In this document: piece after piece, positions 24,201 through 29,685 of the stretch
How the letters are laid out: each line of letters opens with the position of its first letter
How positions within the stretch are numbered: position 1 is the first letter of the stretch
From: an uncultured Rhabdochlamydiaceae bacterium
GTDB lineage: Bacteria > Chlamydiota > Chlamydiia > Chlamydiales > Rhabdochlamydiaceae
Direction: 5' to 3'
Assembly: GCA_963712275.1 (NCBI GenBank)
Contig: CAVQHD010000001.1
Coordinates: 832,001-896,000, forward strand
DNA: 64,000 nt
Translations under genes and position numbers: made by a program
Notes under the pieces: model-generated
Database searches by the model: none
The model's input: only the letters and a program-made list of their open reading frames with translations
What the model was told of the DNA's origin: nothing

Positions 24201-27200
24201 GATTCTGCTTTAAATGTGACGCTTGCAGCTCCTGCGACGATGACTGTTGATTCATTGTTCCAATTTTCAGGCTTTGGAACCACGACTTTCGATGGTGTGC
24301 TTGTTGTTCCAAGCGCTATCGGAATTTCGCTTACCGGAACCAACTTTACCTTTAACAATTTTGTGCAGACACTAAGTAATGGCTCTCTTACCGTCACAAA
24401 CTCAGGAATTCTCACTTTCACAGGAAGCGCAAGCCTCTCGGGTGCATTTACGCAAACCGGCACCGGCACTGCTGTGCTTTCAGGATCGATCACGGCTGGC
24501 CAGCCGATTTTATTTTCAGGTACCACAATTCTTTCCGGAAATCCTTCACTTGACACTTCCGCAGCCAATCAATCGATTACCTTCCAAAATACGCTTGACG
24601 GTTCAGGCAATCTCACCCTTGCAGCAGGCGGCGGCGATATCACCTTACAAGCGAATGCCGGATTGGTGTCTCGCCTTGGAACTATCACCGTAAATAGCTC
24701 ACACAACATCACAGCTCAGTCTGTAAGCGCAAGCGCTGTCAATTTAGTTTCATCAACAGGGACAGCAACCGTTAATGGCGCTCTTAATACAAACGGAGCT
24801 GCGGGTGTGACTCTTGTTGGTAATAACTTTATTTTAAACGGTTCGCTTGTCACTACAAATGGGGGATCCGTTGTCGTGACCAATTCAGGATTAACTACTG
24901 GCTTTGCAATCAGCTCTCGCACCGTGGATGGATCCTATACACAAAATGGCACAGGTCCAGTTAATTTTGCTGGAATGCTTACTACTAATACGGGCGCCAT
25001 CTCCTTTTCCAGCCCTGTCACACTTCTTGCAACCTCGATTTTTAACTCAAGCGCTGGCAATAGCAACATCACTTTTTCCAATACCATTGAAGGTCCAGGT
25101 AACCTATCTGTCAGTTCGGGTGGAGGTAATATTCTCTTCAATCAAGATATCGGAGTTGCAACTACACTGGGAGCGATCACCATTCCCACTGCTCATAATG
25201 TGAATACGCAAATTGTCAAAGCAGCATCATTGACCCAAGCAGCAGGCAGTGGCACAACGACCTTTAGCGGGGATTTAACGACAAGCGGTACGTCAGGTGT
25301 CAGTTTGACGGGCACGAATTTCATTAGAGGGGCAAACTGGACTGCCACAAATGCAGGACCCATCACCGTGAATAATAGCGGTCTTTTCACAAGCACAGCC
25401 GCCGGGACCATTGTCTCTGCGGGAGCCTTTAACCAAAGTGGAGCCGGAACCGTTTCCATCAGTGGATCATTAACCACAGATAATGCCGCGATTAGCTTCA
25501 ATGGGCCGGTGACACTGGCTGGAAACATGGCATTCAATTCCGGCTCTGGAACCGGATCGATGACTTTTAATAATACCGTTGATGCAGCTGGAGATAGTAC
25601 ACAGACTCTTACCCTCACAAGCGGACTTGGCAACATCTCTTTTCTAGTGGGTGTAGGATCTGGGACACGCTTAGGTGCCGTTACTGTGACAAATGCCAAT
25701 AATGTGACCTTCAATGGATTAAGAACGTCCACTCTTTCGCAAACTGCAGGAAGTGGAACAACTACCCTCAATAATACAACCGATACGAATGCTGCCGGAG
25801 GAATACAGATTGCAACGAGCGCGATTTCCTTAAACAACACAGTTACAACTACAAACAACGGTCCCGTGATCCTGACGAATGGAGGCCTGCTCACGGTGGC
25901 AGCAACTTGTACGGTATCTGGGGCTTTCACCCAAAATGGACTGGGGACTTCCTCTATTAGTGGCTCAGTTACAAGTGTTGGCCCTATTTTCTTTGCAACG
26001 GGAGTCGTAACGTCAGGAAGCCCGTTCCTGACCACTTCATCTCAGCTCATTACGCTTTCCTCCACCTTGGACGGACCAGGCAATCTTGGCCTCAATTCAG
26101 GAGCTGCGAATACAATCCTAGGAGGAGCAGCTGGCGCGGGGACACGGCTCGGAGCCCTCACCTTTACTAATGCAAATAACATCACAACGGGTTCCATTAA
26201 AGCTGCCTCAATTACACAAGTCGCAGGTGCCGGAACAACCACAATAACCGGCAATCTCGATACAAATGGAGCAAGCGGGATTGATCTCACAGGCACCGTC
26301 TTTGCTTTAGATGGCTCAGTTATTACAACAGCCGGTGGGCCAGTAATCATTAACCATACCGCTCCTTCTTCCTTTATATTCGGCCCTTCCACAGGAATCT
26401 CGGGTCCTTTCTCGGAGCTTGGAACAGGAGTTATCTCTCTTTCAGGAATTCTCCACGCAAATAATGCGAACATCACATTTACCAATGCAATTAGCCTGAC
26501 AAACGCAACGACTTTGGATAGTGATGGCGGCGGGGACATCCTGATTTCAAGTACTGTCGATGGAAATCAAGATCTTGATTTAATAGCAGGAACAGGAAAC
26601 ATTACCATTTCGGCAGCTATAGGAAGCACAACACCCATCAATTCTTTGATTATTGAGAGCGCAAATAATGTGACAACACAGGCGATTTCTGCAGGTTTTA
26701 TCCTTCAATCTGCCGGAAGTGGGCTCACCACTTTCAATGGAGCGCTTACGACTACTACTATCAATGGAATTGATCTGACAGGAACCCAATTTACCTTTAA
26801 TGCTCTTGTCACAACTCAAGGCAACGGGCCTGTGCAAATCAGCAACTCTGACCTCCTCACAATTACAGCAGGAGCTCCATTTAACCTCACAGGACCCTTC
26901 TCTCAACTAGGACTTGGATCAGTGTCCCTTTCTGATGATATCACAACATCTGGGAATTCCATCCTTTTTACAGGAGCTACGACCCTCGGTAATAACATCA
27001 CGTTAAATACGGGACCCGGCCTCGGAGATATCACCTTTTTAAGAACCGTGAGTGGATTGCAAGATTTGAATTTAAATGCTGACTCTGGCGCTATTACGTT
27101 TGCTCAAAATGTAGGCACGATCAATACCCTTCAAGTCAATTCAGCAGCCACCTTAAGTGCACAGTCCATCACTGCCACCTCCATCAATCTGTCGGGAATT

Positions 27201-28598
27201 TCAACGCTGGCCACCATTAATGGAGCGTTGAGCACCAGTGGAGGGGCAGGAATTACTATGTCGGGTGCTGCTTTTACGATTCTTGGCAACGTGACAACTG
27301 GAGCCGGCGGGCCGTTCACCGTGACCAATTCCGATACTCTTACTTTTGCCTCCAACCTCAATATTTCTCTAGATGGTCCCTTTCTCCAGAATGGCAGCGG
27401 TCGTGTTTTTGGTGGTGGTACTCTCACCACAAATAACCAAACCATCGAATTCCAAGCTCCATTCAGACTCACTGGAAATCTTGCAATCAATAGTGGAATT
27501 ACAGGAGCAAATGTTACCTTAGACGAAGTAGAAGGAGCCTTTAATCTCACTATTGCAGCAGGAATAGGAGATGTGACTGTTAACCAAGTGATTGGAAATG
27601 ACATCGCTCTTCATAATTTCACAGTCAGCACAGCGCATGATATTTATTTAAGCGGAATTGGCACGGCTGCCACAGGAGTTACTGGAACATTAGATTTGAC
27701 TGCATCCAATGATATTGTCATGACCAATACTCTATATAGTGCTAATACACAGATTTATTCTGCAGCGCATGAAGTTCAGTTTAATAACGGTACACAAACG
27801 AACCTGACTTCATTTGGCGGGCCTATTACCTTTACAAGCGGCTTGATTCGCTTAGGGATTAGCAATGATCTTCAAGTGATCACAAATAATGGTGATTTTT
27901 CTTTCATTAGTTTACTCGGAACTAATTTCGAAAATATCATTGTCAACACGGGAACAGGAACTGCGGCTTTAAACGTTATAGCGAGCCTTGGAACCATCAA
28001 CAACTTGTTTGTAACTGCTGGAAAAATTACTATTTCAGGTTTTATCGATCCAGTTAATACAAATTTTGTATCGTTAACAGACATCATGAATACCGCAGGA
28101 CCTAATCTGATTAGTAGCCTTAATACACCAAGTTTTAATGCTCTAGGCGGGGATGTAGGGTCTTTAACAAGTCCGATTTTAGTCCAAAGTGCCAATCAAA
28201 TTTTTGCCGGAGCAGGCGGAGATGCAGGGAGTCTTGCAGATTTCAATGGAACTTCCTTCGACAATACTGTCCATCCAATTCCTTCGAATCCCCCTTGCAA
28301 AATCATCTTTAATGGGGTAATTATTAAAAACTGTACCATTCCGCCTACACCGCCTATACCGATTGTCATAACAATCCCTTCCTTCCCGTTTGCTGTTCCA
28401 GGATTTGACTCCTCCTACTTTAACCTTGCCAGCGACTATTTCTTCCTCCCTTACTTCTTCGATGAAAACTACATCCTCAGAGAGGTTGCGATGTATTACC
28501 GCGCTTCAGCTAAGATGTCTAGACAACACAGGAGGCAAGCCATCTTGAACAACTCTCGAGCTTCCGATCGAGCCAAAAAATTTGCGGAACGTGAATAG
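6240..28598 (+). CDS. Giant filamentous-haemagglutinin-like TpsA exoprotein / beta-helical adhesin, 7452 aa
   Basis: Signal peptide; TPS domain (AIINY..FNI, VLNRVTG, NGRVFLVNPSGI); GGDYQG, GGKVIVWA, GGFVETSG, WLLDP; then about 6800 aa of Gly/Thr/Ser/Ala/Asn beta-strand repeats; no autotransporter barrel. Confidence 0.9.
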   Translation: MAPFLKRIFYLTPLLLTASLFALPEKGDVAAGQADFYSSGGRSLKVTTSDKAIINYHKFNIGEGECVEFIQPSVKSCVLNRVTGKNQSRILGKLSSNGRVFLVNPSGIYFGPKAIVNTGSFLASTLSIRDEDFLNDKYHFFLEPGAEKAQIINEGTIAASPEGFVAFFAPVIQNHGTILAKAEKIILASAERVALDLAGDGLIQFTVDGELEEALIANYGTIESAQGVVELSMRAAQKAIKMVVNTDGAIAAAAIEEVGGVIHLVAGSCIAADTAHIDGGSHARVIAEGAIDASNRQENRKGGTVRLLGDHLHLKGAQIDVSGDAGGGVVLIGGDYQGKGGIRPAIETIFDSKTSVFADAFRVGDGGKVIVWAEDTTYFDGKIYARGGSEGGHGGFVETSGKMNLGIETGYVDTSAPLGNFGNWLLDPSSITIATTGGGTIAQGSSPNCGNFGSITISVATMQAAATNVALCAQNGTSSSITVNNAFTMATGVSLSMTAGSTSVGNINLNANITTRGQPITLTGVAVLGAAVTLDTTNAGGSSAGGNISFSNTINGAQTLTLTGGTSGIVTLTGAVGGTTALTSLTATGATITQSSTAKTTGALSYTGSTAINIAGNVTTSGGIITMTGPVVTTNSPTFDSTNAGGTTAGANINFTSTLNSTTAISIRAGTGGTVTFSGAVGNTASPTNLSFVSAGLIQIGNNITVTGANPLTFPSPVSLTGASIITSNNANISFNSTLNGAQILALVGGTGTTTFTGAVGGTASLTSLSAIAATITQSSTAKTTGALSYTGSTAINIAGNDTTSGGVITMTGPVTLNGNVVVDATNGGVSAGGANITLTSTVNGADNLTLTGGTGGVVSFGAAGATTALTTLTASGATINQNSTAKTTGALSYTGSTVINIAGNVTTSGGIITMTGPVVTTNSPTFDSTNAGGTTAGANINFTNTLNSTTAISIRAGTGGTATFSGAVGNTTLPTNLSFVSANLIQIGSNITVTGANPLTFPSPVSLTGASVITSNNANISFNSTLNGAQTLTLAGGTGTTTFTGAVGGTTPLTSLSVTAATITQSSTAQTTGALSYTGSTAINIAGNVTTSGGIITMTAPVVASNSPTFDSTNAGGTPAGANINFTSTLNGATAISIRAGTGGTVILGGAVGNTAPPTNLSFVSAGLIQIGNNITVTGANPLTFPSPVSLTGGSIITSNNANISFNSTLNGAQTLTLAGGTGTTTFTGAVGGTAPLTSLSVTAATITQSSTAKTTGALSYTGSTAINIAGNDTTSGGVITMTGPVTLNGNVVMDATNGGVSAGGANITLTSTVNGADNLTLTGGTGGTVSFGAAGGATALTTLTASGAIVTQTSTAKTTGALSYTGSTAINVNGNITTSGGVITMTGPVVITAAPTFDSTNAGGAAAGANISFSSTLNGATALTLRAGTGGNVSFTGAVGGTNALTNLSFTSANLIQIGNNITVTGANPLTFPDPVSLTGTSTITSNNANISFSSTLNGAQALTLAAGTGSITFTGAVGGGTPLTSLTISNATNVTANAITASSITQSAGTGTTTFNGLVNTTGTSGISLTGTNFAINANVTTTNTGSFSIAHSGSLTIPSGVVISVDGAFVDSSSGTTSLAGNITSNGHNISFGTPVTLAGPVVLNSGASTGNIIFSSTLDGAQNLNLSAGNGNITFTGAVGGTTRLGTLTVNTTNNFTANALTLAAFNQVAGTGITTFNGAVDLNTVAGLSITDTNTTFNNTVNTTSGGPATISVGGTLILTSSAVFTLTGAFTESGAGGVQSAGSITTANQTIQFGSAVALTGATTLNTGSGAGNILFSNTLDGPGNLNLTAGTGNITFNMAVGSSTRLGALTINSATTISALAVKAASINQVAASGTSTYSGDINTNAVAGVHLTGNIFSINGNLITTAAGPFTITNSGLLTLTAGNSTSLSSTFTQNGTGSVNFSGTILTSNAAISFASPITLSGAAVLNAGAGSGSITLSSTVDGTVSGAQTLTLTSGTGNTTLGGNIGSTVPLSDISINQAANVSVQAVTASSLTQLMGSGTSTFNGAINTSTVTGINLTGTAFTFNNNVTTTASGPLIVTNNSGVLTFASGTVSNIGGAFSQLGTGGVSLAGQITAGGAISIAGQVTVAGTATLSTAAASQNITLSSTVNGANNLTLAAGGGDITISDTVGGTTRLGNLIFSSAHNISTQSITAASIVQTAGTGTTTFGGATLNTNGASGINLTLTNFSYNGSIVTTGSGPVIVASSGTVTLVSSGTTSISGSFQQNGGAGSVSFSGTLTTINQPITFTSPMTLTGDATLTSGSGAGDISLSTVTGAHNLTLTAGTGSITTGTIGAVPLTTITFTSANNITAAAISAGSITQTAGSGTSIFNGVLTTTTASGISLTGTGFQFPNSVATTTTGSFSLNNSGSAIFGPGVVFSIDGAFSQTGSGAVSLGANITTNTGAISLASAVTLNGASVLNSSAGNGNITFSSSINGAQTLSMTAAGGNVSVSGAIGATTPLSSLTVVSANNISFANIGTVGSAGVTGATSLSATTNLNFNGTNYNLNAQTLSATTANFNAGALTTFTTNGNPITVSATTMQLSSGTDLTMNSTNGAITLPTTHAVAGNLRTLTLNAGTGTVQVAQIGASNNGEFAAVSLTGGNLLIRGDLFSNALTLSSSAGHQIFLGGSITTVNTAVSFPVAVIRDTITTATVSTGTTGAAISFSSTIDGDVALTRNLTLAAGSGNITLTGAVGGTTPLGTLTLSSANNANANAITVGVLAQNSGTGTTTFNGVINTSNALGINLTGSAFTFNNTVTTTMGGALQINNSGLLSMPNGATLTLSGPFSQTGSGAVQIGNTITSGDEILFTGGVSLTHATSLSTAAANQTIEFMSSIDSVSTTPFDLSLDAGTGNILILGNMGSIHPLGSFLINHAQNITLQSITANGTVLNGGTGTTTINGDALIGSGGISATGNNFVGNGNVTTTNGGNITLNNSGTATGTAGTTTTCDGNYNQIGSGPFFAGGLTTVHGNLLITSPVTVFAPSTFDLSTGGGSMTFLSTIDGGSSLSLLSSGGSITLSGDVGSGVPLGAFSIDGAGNVMTQGIQATSIAQTASTGTTTFNGALITSGASGIAITTNAIVRGAAITTIGNGPLTITNSGTFTSTAAGAIILAGAFTQNGAGPVTLGGSLTTSNANISFSSPITLAANVSLSSGTGAGNITLSQTVQGGFNLALNSGTGNITLSGNAGTLTPLASFSIVQASNVSTEAISAVSISQTAGTGTTTFNGALNTTGASGISLTGTSFTFNNTFTTAAAGPVSVTNSGLLTFDAGATGSIAGALTQSGAGSTQLSSSITTGGMVQFNGPFTVSGTGSLSTSAANQPITFFSTLNGPGNLTLSSGTADIVLSANAGSLTPLGTLTISTVGNLTTQAITALAFTQSAGGGTTLINGNITTSGSGGVNLTGTTFTFLQNTTTTGTGPITISNSGTLTTTAGKTFSSNGVFTQNGSGSVLLGSTITTTNATAANANINFSGTSPITVTAPSIIDSSTGGGTINFSAASTVDGSQSINLIAGTGDINILGNFGGVTRLGVFTITSGHDIQLQAVTASSMSQLAGSGTTSLLGSLNTNSPAGMTFIGNNFTIGPFASSITTTNGGSLTLTNQGLAAGTAPVVVTIDGSYIQNGTGAIFVGPITARQGISFTGPATIASSGTLDSSAGNGNITFSNTVDALTGTENLILNPGTGNIAFSSAVGSSTPLGALTIQSASNVTATSISAGQISGSSMTGLATFNGSVTTSSAAGIVLSGNAFTFNHNVTTTGNGVVTLTNSGALMIANGVTFNLDGAFTQSGAGAISFGGSIITTNDAISVASAMTLTAPASFNSGAGAGDITLSGLIDGSTTLTVTAGTGSATFQSVIGHTTPLTALTIPSASTVYVNANATLSGPFTITAATGPTTFNGTLNASVISLNGAAINFNNAVSTSSGAIGITNSGTLTVASASPITSSTSFTQTGAGNVSLGSNITTAGTLSVASPITLTNGVTLNSGGGNLTLSSAVNGSFDLTLTAGVGNVTLSGDIGGVSRVGAFTLTSAQDISVQAITAASIMQQSSTGTSTLQGNLDTNTIAGITLIGTNFVSSGTINTTNGGPLTVTNSGLATGTGASTITLDGAFTQNGTGPVNVGGSVTTNNANISLSGPVSVLLPTTFTSNGGNISFLNTVQGSACLTLVASTGNVTFSAAVGGTTPLGCLTASGATIFQNSSLIASGVVQETGTTAIKLSGNITTNANDITLTGNTIVAASLALSTSGGAGDISVTGTLNGDVAGRNLTIQTGTGNITLSNPIGNNTSFNNITMSANNISWANLGSTIVGATGTTSLTATTNINFTGTSYKSSTPSYTAGSNFNFTAGVATSVSSNALPITFTSGTIQLSNDLTLNSNGATITMGDLLGTGFNFTVNAGMGTYNFVQIGASGQLLNNVNLTANTFNPTPALNTNVFANSLTTNSITPLTISSGTGLIGNVTYNQPVIFQGNVIYTCGSAGTITFNQTVDAFTADVDTLTFDFNPCTGSVVFNAPVGSIAPLASLDIDSATDVTVNEPMNVGALSVTNGTGTTSINSGITSTDAGGISISTPVINLMGSISTASGGPLVLDNSGTFTVAAGSSFDISGAFQQTGAGAVSIGGSVITHDSTIQFTGPISLTGDMTFNSNILTGGNISFADTIQGAQNLTIAAGGHDVTFGAAVGTIGTPLATLQITSARNVTASAAIFAAEIAQLAGSGTTSLSALSTTALNGITLTGTAFIFNGNVTTIGNGPLTVSNSGTAAFGNATYSIGGALTQTGAGSVTLAGTFSAGGVISFAQDVTLTGTTSLDTSANGQTITFSSTLTNDNMGAHDLTLNAGAGSITFSGTVGSTPIGALTISNASNVTAGAISATSITQSAGSSTTSINGNMTTTGVAGINLSGTNFTLNSTVTTTNLGPFSISNSGPLFLTLGNSTSIAGAFTQSGGGAISISGQVATVNQNLSFTNGITLAGATTLTTGAGAGTITLSSTVNGNQSLNLTAGTGDIIFGASLGPTTPLGALTVTSVNGITYPLVHAASIVQSASSGTTTITGPISTTGALGVSISGGVINQNGNITTTNAGPISFTNTGTLTVGVGVATTAAGGYTQSGGGAVSLGGSINTTNNPISFAGATTLTADVVLNAGPTSGNGANISFASTIMGAHALVLTAPGGSIVLSGDVGTVGTPLTGFTITSANLVSTQAVASTFITQQGGTGTTTFNGALNTTAVAGITLIGTAFTFNNTITTAAAGPLTVSNTGLLTFAAGATGSIAGALTQSGAGSTQLSSSMTSGGAMQFNSSFSVSGTGSLSTSAANQPISFFSTLNGPGDLTLSTGTADILISGNAGGLTPLGNLTISTTRNLTVQAVTASSLTQSAGTGTSLFNGNILTSGSGGINLTGTTFTLLQNITTTGTGPISITNSGILTTTAEKSISSNAIFTQNGSGSVLLGCTITTTNATAALADINFSGTSPITLTAPSFIDSSIGGGTINFSAASTVDGYQPITLTAGTGDINILGNFGGTTRLGAVTFTSGHDIQFQAISANSITQLAGSGTSSLLGAVDTDTPAGMLFIGNNFTTGLLASSITTTNGGSVTITNQGLVSGSAPVVVTVDGAFVQNGPGIIFAGSTTARQGISYTGPVIIAASGTLDSSSGGGDIVFSNVVGALAGTEDLVLTAGIGNIVFSQPIGAETMIGSFPVTALGSVTATSEEILIASVGTSLAKGVNGAISLTASGGMNFTGMTYHASTQTYTATTAFTFDMNAGALTTFSSDGAAITFTGGSGLLLSTGTDLTMNTGGSNLTLGDIHAQAGDHRALVLNAGIGSIQVGDLGTTGAGEFASASFTGADLTLGHEFADSFTFDYTGTLNATGDIVSTDTALSFPSTVVLDATNIFSTVGVMGAGITFSGTLDGLADDAFGLTLNAGIGTITFAQNVGATHRLSNITIDSALNVTLAAPATMTVDSLFQFSGFGTTTFDGVLVVPSAIGISLTGTNFTFNNFVQTLSNGSLTVTNSGILTFTGSASLSGAFTQTGTGTAVLSGSITAGQPILFSGTTILSGNPSLDTSAANQSITFQNTLDGSGNLTLAAGGGDITLQANAGLVSRLGTITVNSSHNITAQSVSASAVNLVSSTGTATVNGALNTNGAAGVTLVGNNFILNGSLVTTNGGSVVVTNSGLTTGFAISSRTVDGSYTQNGTGPVNFAGMLTTNTGAISFSSPVTLLATSIFNSSAGNSNITFSNTIEGPGNLSVSSGGGNILFNQDIGVATTLGAITIPTAHNVNTQIVKAASLTQAAGSGTTTFSGDLTTSGTSGVSLTGTNFIRGANWTATNAGPITVNNSGLFTSTAAGTIVSAGAFNQSGAGTVSISGSLTTDNAAISFNGPVTLAGNMAFNSGSGTGSMTFNNTVDAAGDSTQTLTLTSGLGNISFLVGVGSGTRLGAVTVTNANNVTFNGLRTSTLSQTAGSGTTTLNNTTDTNAAGGIQIATSAISLNNTVTTTNNGPVILTNGGLLTVAATCTVSGAFTQNGLGTSSISGSVTSVGPIFFATGVVTSGSPFLTTSSQLITLSSTLDGPGNLGLNSGAANTILGGAAGAGTRLGALTFTNANNITTGSIKAASITQVAGAGTTTITGNLDTNGASGIDLTGTVFALDGSVITTAGGPVIINHTAPSSFIFGPSTGISGPFSELGTGVISLSGILHANNANITFTNAISLTNATTLDSDGGGDILISSTVDGNQDLDLIAGTGNITISAAIGSTTPINSLIIESANNVTTQAISAGFILQSAGSGLTTFNGALTTTTINGIDLTGTQFTFNALVTTQGNGPVQISNSDLLTITAGAPFNLTGPFSQLGLGSVSLSDDITTSGNSILFTGATTLGNNITLNTGPGLGDITFLRTVSGLQDLNLNADSGAITFAQNVGTINTLQVNSAATLSAQSITATSINLSGISTLATINGALSTSGGAGITMSGAAFTILGNVTTGAGGPFTVTNSDTLTFASNLNISLDGPFLQNGSGRVFGGGTLTTNNQTIEFQAPFRLTGNLAINSGITGANVTLDEVEGAFNLTIAAGIGDVTVNQVIGNDIALHNFTVSTAHDIYLSGIGTAATGVTGTLDLTASNDIVMTNTLYSANTQIYSAAHEVQFNNGTQTNLTSFGGPITFTSGLIRLGISNDLQVITNNGDFSFISLLGTNFENIIVNTGTGTAALNVIASLGTINNLFVTAGKITISGFIDPVNTNFVSLTDIMNTAGPNLISSLNTPSFNALGGDVGSLTSPILVQSANQIFAGAGGDAGSLADFNGTSFDNTVHPIPSNPPCKIIFNGVIIKNCTIPPTPPIPIVITIPSFPFAVPGFDSSYFNLASDYFFLPYFFDENYILREVAMYYRASAKMSRQHRRQAILNNSRASDRAKKFAERE
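7950..10830 (+). repeat. Intragenic tandem array of 552-bp and 312-bp units (A-B-A-A-B-A')
   Basis: LSYTGST codons start at 8049, 8601, 8913, 9465, 10017 and 10329; units are highly similar at DNA level; outer boundaries approximate. Confidence 0.9.
16050..23430 (+). repeat. Long intragenic duplication, about 16050-17470 and about 22011-23430
   Basis: GSTQLSS at 16251/22212 and GSGSVLLG at 16734/22695, both offset 5961 bp; boundaries approximate. Confidence 0.85.
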
Positions 28599-29187
28599 TC
28601 CAGGATGCTCCTAAGGCGCTCAGGGCGCTTACCATCAAAAGACTCCAGCCTTGTATAAAATGGCCCAATGCTTTCTCCTTCGCCGTAATCCATTGATCCC
28701 GATCAAAGGAGCTTTTGCGTACGATATCAGATGTAAGCTCTATGCATCTCTTGAAGGTTTCAGGTGGGTTGAAAGCCCCAAATATTAACGACTCCGGAAA
28801 ATTGTAAAATCGATACCCTTCAGCTTTTGCTTGGCTTTTGACTTGCTCAAAAATTTTGTTTGTCACCTTCCTGTTTTCTATGGCCATGCTAAGAGATATT
28901 ACGATTTTAAATACCCCAGAAATACAGCTTGCAGTTCCAATGGCATCGAGGGTGGCTAGAGGATGAACGCAGAAAGTGAGGCCGTCTAAAACAACTTGAA
29001 AGAGGGGTCTCTTTATTAAATAAAAGGCAGCATACATAGATGCGTAAGTCGCAAAAATGGCACCTGTCTTTAGGATTCCTGAAATGAAATGATGCGTCTC
29101 ATTCTTTTTCTGCTGACCATCAGTGGTTTGAGAAAAACGGTAAAGACTTTTTGCTGTATCGCGCAGTGTCAAAACTAACATCACCAT
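28519..29187 (-). CDS. Hypothetical membrane protein
   Basis: ORF with several hydrophobic segments; probable start ATG 29187 after AAGG; overlaps the 3' end of the giant gene by 80 bp. Confidence 0.65.
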   Translation of the reverse strand: MVMLVLTLRDTAKSLYRFSQTTDGQQKKNETHHFISGILKTGAIFATYASMYAAFYLIKRPLFQVVLDGLTFCVHPLATLDAIGTASCISGVFKIVISLSMAIENRKVTNKIFEQVKSQAKAEGYRFYNFPESLIFGAFNPPETFKRCIELTSDIVRKSSFDRDQWITAKEKALGHFIQGWSLLMVSALSALGASWTIHVPQIFWLDRKLESCSRWLASCVV

Positions 29188-29206
29188 AAAAGCAACCTTT
29201 AGACTG

Positions 29207-29629
29207 TTAACATTTGCATAACATTTGAACTCCTCTAAAGGATAACTCTCGGAGGACAACACCAATTGCACTTGTCCCGATTGTGAGACCTAGGCATTTA
29301 GTTTTGGTGATGGTTTGGGGTGCGTCAAGAGGATTCGTCTCTTTCAGCGTTAACCAAAGCACACCTGCTGCAGTTAGAATTCCGATGCTGTATCCCAGGG
29401 CATAGCCGACGTCTGTATTTTCGTTAGCCCATGCGTAGTAGGCTCCCTTTGTAACAAGATAAGCAGTTTTACCACCTGCAAAAGCCATCATATTAGCGAA
29501 AGCTGCAGTCTTTGAATCAACTTTAGCAAAGTATGTGGTTAATAATGTTCCTGCTCCGATAAATCCACTTCCTTCTAAAAACTGCCATACTTTTCCCTCC
29601 ATTCTTGGGCTCATCATTGATGTACACAT
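29207..29629 (-). CDS. Hypothetical small membrane protein
   Basis: GGAGG RBS; 3-4 Gly/Ala-rich hydrophobic segments. Confidence 0.7.
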   Translation of the reverse strand: MCTSMMSPRMEGKVWQFLEGSGFIGAGTLLTTYFAKVDSKTAAFANMMAFAGGKTAYLVTKGAYYAWANENTDVGYALGYSIGILTAAGVLWLTLKETNPLDAPQTITKTKCLGLTIGTSAIGVVLRELSFRGVQMLCKC

Positions 29630-29685
29630 ATCATTAACCTCCCTTTAAGATTTTGTTTATAGGTTAGCGGGTTATAACAATTTCA

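Noticed and set aside
6563..28195. Dozens of antisense ORFs (Val/Pro/Ala-rich) inside the giant gene
   Set aside because: Shadow frames of the repetitive Gly/Thr/Ser/Ala coding sequence; no RBS or domain motifs
6240..29629. CDI toxin-immunity system or Pmp autotransporter
   Set aside because: No VENN/pre-toxin or toxin domain, the downstream genes are convergent, there is no beta-barrel or terminal Phe, and GGAI occurs only sporadically
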